A stretch of DNA of 64,000 bases from a virus, in IMG/VR virus record IMGVR_UViG_3300011115_000844, positions 1 to 64,000 of that record. One strand, given 5' to 3'. Shown here one piece after another: positions 37,051-44,881 of this stretch. Position numbers and translations under genes: made by a program. Position 1 is the first letter of the stretch; each line of letters begins with the position of its first letter. The notes beneath the pieces are model-generated. The model worked only from the letters and a program-made list of their open reading frames with translations. It was not told where the DNA came from and ran no database searches.

Positions 37051-37839
37051 TTAACCTAAACGTGCCTTAACGGTATCGCCTCCGATTACTGCTACTGAAC
37101 TCTTAACCACTTGTGGGTTAGTGAATTGACGTGAAGCAGAACGACCTGCAAGACCACGAGCAATGTTGATGTTATCAGCAGGGTAGAATTGGAATTGTAC
37201 TACTGCATTTGGTAACAAAGTAGAGATAGTTAATTTAGTGTAACCATCAATTCTGTACAATTGCTTAACTGCAACAACTGTTGTTTGTTGTTGATATGGG
37301 TCAATTGTGATTACCAACGTCTTTAATGCTTGATTACCATTAGCATCTTGTGTGTTCAAGGTGATAGGTTGAGTAATTTGAGCAGAAGAACCTCCCAAAG
37401 ATTGAATGTAAGTTAAACCTACACTAAATGGACTGTTCATTGATTGATACAAAAATTGTTGGTAAGTAACGTTACTGATACCACTTGATACAGTTACTTG
37501 AATAGCCGTTCCCGTTGCTACTAAACTACCATTACTATATGTAGTTGTTGTAACGGGAGTTGAAGGCATTGAAGCGTTGTTGATATACTGATACGCACCT
37601 AATACGTCAAAGTTAGAAATACTTGTATTAGAAGCATTTGAAACTGTAATGATGTAAGGTTGTGAAGTTGGTGCAGATTGCATTTGAGGTTGAGCCATTG
37701 GCATTCCACCATCAGCATTGAAGAAATCATCTCCACCCGTAAAGTACATTGAATCATCATCAATGAAACCATCTGCATTTAAGTAATTTTCGTTTGCGAA
37801 GTTTCTCGCATTTTCCATGTATTGTCTAATGTATGACAT
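37051..37839 (-). CDS. Candidate major capsid protein (beta-rich, jelly-roll-like)
   Basis: Next to the packaging ATPase; own promoter and strong terminator; codons typical of high expression (AAC/TTC/ATC/CGT); paralogs at 14.5-15.6 kb. Confidence 0.6.
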   Translation of the reverse strand: MSYIRQYMENARNFANENYLNADGFIDDDSMYFTGGDDFFNADGGMPMAQPQMQSAPTSQPYIITVSNASNTSISNFDVLGAYQYINNASMPSTPVTTTTYSNGSLVATGTAIQVTVSSGISNVTYQQFLYQSMNSPFSVGLTYIQSLGGSSAQITQPITLNTQDANGNQALKTLVITIDPYQQQTTVVAVKQLYRIDGYTKLTISTLLPNAVVQFQFYPADNINIARGLAGRSASRQFTNPQVVKSSVAVIGGDTVKARLG

Positions 37840-37873
37840 TTTGTTTAAATTTATATTTGAATAATTATTTTTC

Positions 37874-37990
37874 TTATTTTGTTGGAGCAGATACTTTTGC
37901 TTTGTTCATTTGCTCTTTAACTTTTAATGCTACAAGAACTCCTGCCGTTACAATTAGTAATTGAACTCCGATTGCTTTCCAATTTCCCAT
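37874..37990 (-). CDS. 38-aa membrane peptide upstream of the capsid candidate (not in ORF track)
   Basis: MGNWKAIGVQLLIVTAGVLVALKVKEQMNKAKVSAPTK. Confidence 0.7.
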   Translation of the reverse strand: MGNWKAIGVQLLIVTAGVLVALKVKEQMNKAKVSAPTK

Positions 37991-38074
37991 TTTTTTAAAT
38001 TTTAATTTTTTGATTAATGAATTTCTTTTTTGTATTTGTTTTATAAGCACGAGCCATTAAAAACATTTACACAC

Positions 38075-38082
38075 CAAATTTA
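38075..38082 (-). promoter_or_regulatory. Bacteroidota -7 promoter element for the capsid transcript
   Basis: TAAATTTG in the 215-nt intergenic gap. Confidence 0.6.
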
Positions 38083-38204
38083 TTAAGTAAAGCATTATGA
38101 TATATTATTTCATTGAATATCAAGTCAACACGATATGGTTGATTATCAATTAAATAATCATTAATCCTATACGATTGTTCGTTGATGTTACAATGAATAA
38201 AAAA

Positions 38205-39053
38205 TTAAAATACGAAATAGTTTTTGGTTAAACTTTCGTTTGCAGACCTAAGTGCAGATTCTTCTGTATGTATTTTCTTTCCTTGCTTATCCCTTAATTG
38301 TAGCATTGGGGATATGATACGGGAGTATCTTTCAGTAATATATTGGTGTACTGCGTTATCAACTTCTTCTTTTGTAAACTTACCTCTAATCTTCATGTTC
38401 TCTACATCTACATAAACAAAGAACCTTATATCGCCATCAAAGTATCTTTTGTTTATCATGTATTCAGCAATTTGAAGTAACTCTGTTTTTTCTTCAAATT
38501 TATTTTTGTGACGTTCAACTGTATCGTTTGTTTTGTGCAAACGTATCATGTTCAAGTTACCCAATAGTTTTGGATTACCTGCTCTACCTATGTTTTGGAA
38601 ATGGCTAACAATATCAAGACCAATATGCCTTGATGTAGCAAGTGAACCAATTAAATCAGATGGCATAGCATCACTCAAATACTTATTAATATCCTCTACC
38701 AATAACAACCCATTACGATAGTTGTCAAGTATGATACCCAACACTTCTGCCATATCATTAATAGTCATCTTTCTTCCATCATCCCAAAATGGTCTTATTC
38801 TTCTAACCTCTACTTTCGGGTGTATAGAAAACTTCATTATATCTTTAATCGAAATGGCTTTTATAGACCTTTGTTGACCAAAAAACCAAAACGAACTAAA
38901 TTCATCATTAACATCAAAAATCAATGCTTTTCTTGGTGGAACTCCCTTAGTAGGATTACCTGCAACGTAATCATCAATCATGCGTATTGTTTCAACGGAT
39001 TTACCCACACCCCTCTTGCCACACGCTATTATAATTCTACATTCTCTACTCAT
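38205..39053 (-). CDS. FtsK/HerA-family (A32-like) genome-packaging ATPase
   Basis: Walker A GKRGVGKS, Walker B LLLVED, arginine finger SRH, HFQ sensor. Confidence 0.75.
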   Translation of the reverse strand: MSRECRIIIACGKRGVGKSVETIRMIDDYVAGNPTKGVPPRKALIFDVNDEFSSFWFFGQQRSIKAISIKDIMKFSIHPKVEVRRIRPFWDDGRKMTINDMAEVLGIILDNYRNGLLLVEDINKYLSDAMPSDLIGSLATSRHIGLDIVSHFQNIGRAGNPKLLGNLNMIRLHKTNDTVERHKNKFEEKTELLQIAEYMINKRYFDGDIRFFVYVDVENMKIRGKFTKEEVDNAVHQYITERYSRIISPMLQLRDKQGKKIHTEESALRSANESLTKNYFVF

Positions 39054-39057
39054 AGTA

Positions 39058-39276
39058 TTATAGTTTACCTACAAATTTATATCCGTTTAATTCAAGTTGT
39101 TTTGTAAATTTCAACATTTGCCCTTTATCGTATGCGTTATAATCTTTCATAACATAGTCCTTTACTGAATAATCATAAAACTGATACCAAACGGTGTAAC
39201 CACCACTTGCATTATCATATACGGTATATTTTTTCAAATTATTTCTTTTTTGGTCTTCCTCTTTTACCACTACCAA
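39058..39276 (-). CDS. Hypothetical protein (start uncertain, possibly TTG 39237)
   Basis: Fills the gap between operon genes. Confidence 0.5.
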   Translation of the reverse strand: MVVVKEEDQKRNNLKKYTVYDNASGGYTVWYQFYDYSVKDYVMKDYNAYDKGQMLKFTKQLELNGYKFVGKL

Positions 39277-40213
39277 TAGGTTTATTTGTACCTTCTGAAA
39301 TGATAGTTAATTTATTACTTGGTTCGGTAGGTTGCTCTGCAACAAACTCTTCTTGATATATTGGTTCATCAACGATTGCACCCGACATTGAATTTACAAA
39401 ATCATTCACGTTAGTATCGGGATTAAATGGTTTGCTATACGTTTGTTGTGGTGGAGGTGGAGGTGCTTGATATGTTGGTTGTGGTTGTGGTATTGGTTGT
39501 GGTGCAACATTCTGCATCTTGGTAACTTGTACTGCTTCTTTTAAAGTTTTTAAGATTTCTTTTTTTACGTTGTAACCTTGATTAAACATAAACGCACTTA
39601 CCAATACTTCTTTACCTGCTAAATACCAAAGTAATTGTTCATCGGTCATGCCGATACCCTTCTTTTCAAGAACACGAACAAGAACGGGTTTAAATTCAGT
39701 TTCAAACTCTTCTGTAACTACTAATGTACCTTTTGTTTGTTCATTGTAATCATCAATAAATTCACCTGCCGTCATAGATAGAGTTGGAGAAACTTGAATT
39801 TCAACATTCAAATCTATTTCCCCCTTCTCCTGCATTTTATTCAATTGCTTTTGATTGAATAAAAGTTGCGTATCTGCCCAACCCTTACCAAACTTGTATG
39901 TGGACATAATCATGTCTGCTACCTTTTCAGAAGCATCGTGTTTATCCTTTTTTGGCAAACTATCCATTTTAGGATTGAATGGTTGTTCTTGTGGCTTTTT
40001 TACTTTCTCTTCCGAACTCATTTGCCCTCCCATTGGTGGTGGAATAAATGAAGGTTCGGGAATATCATTTGCAAAATCTTTAGCATCAACTTTTACATTG
40101 TGCTTGGTATATTCTTTTTCTAAAACGGGTTCACCCAATGGGTCAAAATCATCAAATACAAATTCATCGTTGATTTCTTTTTCTTCGGGTTCTTGAAATT
40201 CTTTATTACTCAT
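39239..40213 (-). CDS. Acidic, Pro-rich protein with C-terminal AT-hook-like motif
   Basis: Ends KRGRPKKK; close to the packaging ATPase. Confidence 0.65.
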   Translation of the reverse strand: MSNKEFQEPEEKEINDEFVFDDFDPLGEPVLEKEYTKHNVKVDAKDFANDIPEPSFIPPPMGGQMSSEEKVKKPQEQPFNPKMDSLPKKDKHDASEKVADMIMSTYKFGKGWADTQLLFNQKQLNKMQEKGEIDLNVEIQVSPTLSMTAGEFIDDYNEQTKGTLVVTEEFETEFKPVLVRVLEKKGIGMTDEQLLWYLAGKEVLVSAFMFNQGYNVKKEILKTLKEAVQVTKMQNVAPQPIPQPQPTYQAPPPPPQQTYSKPFNPDTNVNDFVNSMSGAIVDEPIYQEEFVAEQPTEPSNKLTIISEGTNKPIGSGKRGRPKKK

Positions 40214-40215
40214 TT

Positions 40216-40644
40216 TTAAAAATTATTTTTCAGTTTAAAATCGGTTATTAGTAAATCAAAATTATTCTTAGTAGTTTTTATATTTGGGTTGTCTTCAATC
40301 ATTTGTTTGATTTCTTTTGTTGACCTACTTAACAAAGACTTATCCCTTTTAAAAAACATTTTTAAATCGCCAAAACTAAAATCAAATACTTCGTACAAAT
40401 AATAAATGGAAAACTTTAACGCCAACATTCTTTTATGTGATTTGTTGTGCGAATTAATAATATCTTCTATTGTTTGCGTGTAATGATTAGCCGTCATCTT
40501 TAACACAAACTCAACTCTTTTGTCTTGTAAACTCAATGTATTACTTCGTGCAATTTTCAAAGCATTGGTGGTAGCATCTACGCCCAAAACCTCTACGGAT
40601 TTGAGTAATTCTTGAATTAAATCGGTTTCGTTTTTTTTTATCAT
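40216..40644 (-). CDS. Protein with DnaA C-terminal-like HTH
   Basis: FSFGDLKMFFKRDKS resembles the DnaA domain IV signature. Confidence 0.5.
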   Translation of the reverse strand: MIKKNETDLIQELLKSVEVLGVDATTNALKIARSNTLSLQDKRVEFVLKMTANHYTQTIEDIINSHNKSHKRMLALKFSIYYLYEVFDFSFGDLKMFFKRDKSLLSRSTKEIKQMIEDNPNIKTTKNNFDLLITDFKLKNNF

Positions 40645-40677
40645 GCCTTAAAATACTCAACAAAGTAAACACTTTTT

Positions 40678-41763
40678 TTACAATCCTTCAACTTTTTTTA
40701 TAACAAAATGATAATGATGTTTTCTACAATAATTATTTGAAAAATTTTTATTTTCACAACCTTCAATAGAACATAATTTTACGGTATTTAAAAATTTATC
40801 TGAATCTAATAAACCCCAATCTTTTATAACTGAACTCCACTTTTTAATACTTTTGTAAACTTCACTATCAATAACTTCAAGTCTTATATTTGGGTAATAC
40901 AATTTCATTCTTTTTAATTTCGTTTTTGATTTATCATCCATCCAACCCTTAACCTCTATAAAATATGTACTACCATCATTATTTGTAATTTTAAAATCGG
41001 GTAAATATGACCTCACACCTCTTTTTATTTTTTCAAACCAAAAGGTTTCTACTTCATGTTCCCAATCTTTTATTTCATTTTTAGATTTTAAAAATTCAAG
41101 ATAAGCACTAATATTACACTCCCAAGATGACCTTGCAAAAAATGTTTTATTCCCAATAGTAACTGTTCCCCTTTTTACTCTATTATAATTATTTACTGAA
41201 TTATTCCTAACCTTTTCACTCATAAATTTTGACATATAATCTGATTTTTTTTGCCTACATTCCTGCGAATTAAATTTACTATTAGGGTCTGCCCATAACT
41301 TTTTACATCTTTCTGAAAATTTTATTTTTGATTCTTCTGTATGCTTTTTACCAAGCATCCCTTTTGGATGACCTTGTTCTTTAATCCATTTCTTAAATCT
41401 TTCCGAAGTTTCTTTACTTTTATACTTCATGGATATTCTATTATTCTTATCAGTAAGACCTAATTCGTTTGCTTTTCTTGATAAAAAACCATCTGTTCTA
41501 CCCATGATTTTAGCAAGTTTCTTTAACTCCCCAACATCTCTATATTTTTTGTAATTTTCTTTTAAAAAATCAAAATCTTTTTGAGTAAAATAATTCATTT
41601 TTTTTATTACCCCTGCTTTAGTTAAGTAAGAATGAACTATTTGACCACTCATTTTATATTTTTCTGCTACTTTCCAAATATTATTTATCTCTTTGTAAGA
41701 ATCAATTAAATCTTGCAAATTACAAATTATACTACCTTTATACTTAACGATTTTATCTTGCAT
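40678..41763 (-). mobile_element. Putative homing endonuclease, PD-(D/E)XK type with NUMOD3
   Basis: GKKHTEESK.K.S; RSSWE, YLPDF and IEVKG motifs; C-terminal Cys/His finger. Confidence 0.7.
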
Positions 41764-41786
41764 TTCATCGTTTTATTTTATACAAA

Positions 41787-42434
41787 TTATAGTTTATACT
41801 TTTCTTTGAACTCCTTATTTTTCAAAACCTTGTCAGCACAAAATATACCTACATCAATATCGCTTTGATAATGCAGTCCTAAGTAAACCCTTGAATAGCA
41901 TATATCTTTAAAAACGTCTTGCATAAATGAATACGTCTTAGGATATATGTTACCTATAACTTCTGTAAGTAATCTTGTTTGAAATGCGTGTCCACTTGGG
42001 AACGAAGGAGAATCAGCACTTATACTTTTGAATGGAAATAATTTTAGTTTGTAGTAATGTGCAAGTTGATATGGTCTTGGTCTTTGAAATGTGAATTTCA
42101 ATTTTGTTAGCAACGGCTTTGTATCTTCGATAATATCGGTAATTATCTTTTTTACTTCTTCTTCATTTTCGCCTCCTTTAATTAAACCATCAGTAAAATA
42201 CCTTGACAAATGTTTATCATAAACCATGTATCTGTTTATGTAGTCCTCTTTACCTTTTAAAGTATTGATGTACGATACTATTTCGTTTAACTCCTCTTGC
42301 GTTGCTTCCGATGAATTTTTTGGAAATGTATATGTAGATAATTCTTCTAATAATACATCAAGGTAGTTATTAGTAGAAATGTATTTTAATTGTTCAAGAT
42401 TGGGGTTGCCATAGCTTATTTCATCTATATTCAT
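41787..42434 (-). CDS. PAP2-superfamily phosphatase
   Basis: K...QRPRP, PSFPSGH and SRVYLGLHYQSD motifs. Confidence 0.88.
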   Translation of the reverse strand: MNIDEISYGNPNLEQLKYISTNNYLDVLLEELSTYTFPKNSSEATQEELNEIVSYINTLKGKEDYINRYMVYDKHLSRYFTDGLIKGGENEEEVKKIITDIIEDTKPLLTKLKFTFQRPRPYQLAHYYKLKLFPFKSISADSPSFPSGHAFQTRLLTEVIGNIYPKTYSFMQDVFKDICYSRVYLGLHYQSDIDVGIFCADKVLKNKEFKEKYKL

Positions 42435-42463
42435 AGCAGTTAATTAATCGTTCTTATTTTTTA

Positions 42464-42823
42464 TTAAATAGTTTTGTACTTACCCTTCATATTGGTTTGC
42501 ATATTCATCTTGATTTCATCAATTTGTCTTTGCAATTCATTATTGATAAGTTTATCTTGTTTCAACTTAAATTGATAGTAGTATATAACGTAAGATAAAC
42601 TTGCTACTCCTAAAATTGAAAATCCAATTTCCATTAAATTTAAACTTTTCCAAAAAGATTTTCCACCACCATTATCTCCACCTTCCGTACTACCACCCTC
42701 ACCCATAACCACGTTAGGCATAGGCGTAGGAGTTGGTGCAGTTGGCATAGGAGCAGGTGCAGGAGTTGGTGCAGGTGCTATTGGCGTTGTTGGTGCAGTT
42801 GGTGTTGCTATTGGTGTTTCCAT
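42464..42823 (-). CDS. Pro/Thr-rich membrane protein
   Basis: PT/PA repeats, central TM, coiled tail. Confidence 0.65.
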   Translation of the reverse strand: METPIATPTAPTTPIAPAPTPAPAPMPTAPTPTPMPNVVMGEGGSTEGGDNGGGKSFWKSLNLMEIGFSILGVASLSYVIYYYQFKLKQDKLINNELQRQIDEIKMNMQTNMKGKYKTI

Positions 42824-43029
42824 TATGATTTTCCGTTAAGTCTTTTTAGTGAAATTAAAATACCAAGTGTAAATGCAAGAGTACCTACAATTAAATAACC
42901 CATGTACAAATGTTCTTTGATATTTTGTTTCTTTTCAGTTTCAATATCTTTTTTCAATTCTTCATTTGTTTCGGGAGCATAAGCAGTTGTAGTGTTCCCA
43001 TCATTGTCTTTTAGTATTATCTTTCTCAC
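42823..43029 (-). CDS. Small membrane protein (C-terminal TM)
   Basis: TM followed by KR. Confidence 0.6.
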   Translation of the reverse strand: MRKIILKDNDGNTTTAYAPETNEELKKDIETEKKQNIKEHLYMGYLIVGTLAFTLGILISLKRLNGKS

Positions 43030-43955
43030 TATTGTTTCTTTTTTCTTGTTAAAAAATATAATAGTGCTAACCCACCTAATATTAAATATAACCCCATGTT
43101 ACTTTTTTTCTCTTGGGGTGCTACTGTATTAGTTGGAGGTTCTCCAAATCCACCACCACCACCACCAAAAATTCCACCACCAATTGGAGGTAATACTATT
43201 GGAGCAGGGGGTGTTACATTACATTTGCCATTATAAATTGCTTGTGCTTTCGCTATTTCGGTATTGTATGCTTCTACTACGTTTTGAGCAAATGTTGATG
43301 TTGAAAGAATTGCATTATATTCAGCAATTTTATCTTTTAAGGTTGTACAATCAAGTGTTGACCAAACGGGAAAATTAGGCAAGGTATCAACTAAAGGTTT
43401 AGGACTTGTACTTGTTACACACGCACCATTAATCCAAGCACCACCACTATTAATACAAGTAGTTTCAGCAGGTAATGGTTCGGGTGCAGGACTTGTTTGA
43501 CAAGTGCCATTTACCCACAGACCACCATTTGATACACATAATTGTTGTGCAGTAGCAGGAGCAGGTTGTGAACTTATACAAGCACCATTAACCCATGTAC
43601 CACCACTATTCATACAATTAACTTCGGCAGTAGATGGACTTGTTGGTGGATATATTGGTTCTTGTGGTTGACCAATAGGCACTCCCGTACCACTATTACC
43701 CGTATTGGTAGGGTCATTAGGTGTATCGGGAGGTGGAACGTTAGCACCTGCAACCATGACAAAATGTTCATTATCGGGTTGACCAAAACCACCACGTTTA
43801 GGAACAATAAAGTTTTCTTCACCATCAAAGGGTATTACGGCTATCCTTTTTTTAACCCTTATTTTTGGTTTATTTACTAATCCCCTTGATGGTTTATTTA
43901 CTAACCCTCTTGAATCATCAATACTTGCTGATTTATTTACTAATGCTCTTCCCAT
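43029..43955 (-). CDS. Membrane-anchored protein with three C-x3-GG-x-W-x-NG-x-C repeats
   Basis: CMNSGGTWVNGAC, CVSNGGLWVNGTC, CINSGGAWINGAC; C-terminal TM followed by RKKK. Confidence 0.75.
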   Translation of the reverse strand: MGRALVNKSASIDDSRGLVNKPSRGLVNKPKIRVKKRIAVIPFDGEENFIVPKRGGFGQPDNEHFVMVAGANVPPPDTPNDPTNTGNSGTGVPIGQPQEPIYPPTSPSTAEVNCMNSGGTWVNGACISSQPAPATAQQLCVSNGGLWVNGTCQTSPAPEPLPAETTCINSGGAWINGACVTSTSPKPLVDTLPNFPVWSTLDCTTLKDKIAEYNAILSTSTFAQNVVEAYNTEIAKAQAIYNGKCNVTPPAPIVLPPIGGGIFGGGGGGFGEPPTNTVAPQEKKSNMGLYLILGGLALLYFLTRKKKQ

Positions 43956-43959
43956 TTTA

Positions 43960-44088
43960 TTAAATTTTACCTTCTTTTTTTAATTCTTTGGTAGCACGAG
44001 AAATAGCATCAGACCATTTTTCAGTACCTTTCTTGTAAATTTTTTTTGCCCTTGCTGATATAAGGGTAATTTTACTTCCTTTTGCCAT
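43960..44088 (-). CDS. 42-aa basic protein (not in ORF track)
   Basis: MAKGSKITLISARAKKIYKKGTEKWSDAISRATKELKKEGKI. Confidence 0.7.
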   Translation of the reverse strand: MAKGSKITLISARAKKIYKKGTEKWSDAISRATKELKKEGKI

Positions 44089-44090
44089 AA

Positions 44091-44204
44091 TTATGATTTT
44101 TGACTTGAATGCCATGCTTTACCAATAACCCATACTGTACCAAATAATACTGCAAGTGATACTGCAATTCCTAAAGCACCTCCTATTAAATTTTTCTTTT
44201 CCAT
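44091..44204 (-). CDS. 37-aa membrane peptide (not in ORF track)
   Basis: MEKKNLIGGALGIAVSLAVLFGTVWVIGKAWHSSQKS. Confidence 0.7.
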   Translation of the reverse strand: MEKKNLIGGALGIAVSLAVLFGTVWVIGKAWHSSQKS

Positions 44205-44273
44205 TTTTTTATGTTTTATATTTAAAAAATTTGTAGTAAAGATAAAAAATAATTGCAATAATCATTACATTAA

Positions 44274-44762
44274 TTATTCTCTATTTTTCAAAATATTAAC
44301 GCCTATCAAACCTCCAATAACTATACCAACAATCCACAATGCTATATTGGTTTTTTTAGGTTTTTCTTCTTGTGTTACATTACCTGCAACATTCTGCACG
44401 TTTGGTTGTGCATTTGGTTGTGGTGTAGGTTTTGCAACATTCGGTTGTTGTTGTGCATCTTTTTTAGGTCTTCCTCTGCCAACTAAGTTTTTAGAAAGAT
44501 TAGCATAATGTTCTTTGTTTTTATCGAACATTGTTACTGCTTTAACTAAAACCCTATCTTGTTCTTCTAACGCATCGTTTAACTCTTCTAAATCAGTTTT
44601 CAATTCATCTACATCATCATTCAATGTAGGGTTTTCAATTGATTTTTCAAGTTCTCCAATACCATCAACAATCGTGTAATAATCTTTAATTTTGTTTCTG
44701 ATTCCTTGTGATACAGTTTCTTCTGTTAATCCAAAACCGTCAAGTGTTTGTTTCCATTTCAT
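44274..44762 (-). CDS. Coiled-coil protein with AT-hook-like motif and C-terminal TM
   Basis: GRGRPKK; Q/P linker; TM. Confidence 0.7.
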   Translation of the reverse strand: MKWKQTLDGFGLTEETVSQGIRNKIKDYYTIVDGIGELEKSIENPTLNDDVDELKTDLEELNDALEEQDRVLVKAVTMFDKNKEHYANLSKNLVGRGRPKKDAQQQPNVAKPTPQPNAQPNVQNVAGNVTQEEKPKKTNIALWIVGIVIGGLIGVNILKNRE

Positions 44763-44787
44763 AATTATAAGTTTTTAAAAGTTTTTA

Positions 44788-44795
44788 CAAATTTA
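44788..44795 (-). promoter_or_regulatory. Bacteroidota -7 promoter element
   Basis: TAAATTTG upstream of ATG 44762. Confidence 0.55.
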
Positions 44796-44881
44796 AGCAT
44801 TATCTACAATCATATCACCATCTTTATCAAAATCAGTTAAGTCAACACCTCCTATATCATCTTTCGTTGTGCCACCCCTAA

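Noticed and set aside
38140-38160. TGATTAT-N7-ATAATCA inverted repeat upstream of the capsid promoter
   Set aside because: It is a short AT-rich palindrome that could arise by chance, and no second full copy was confirmed
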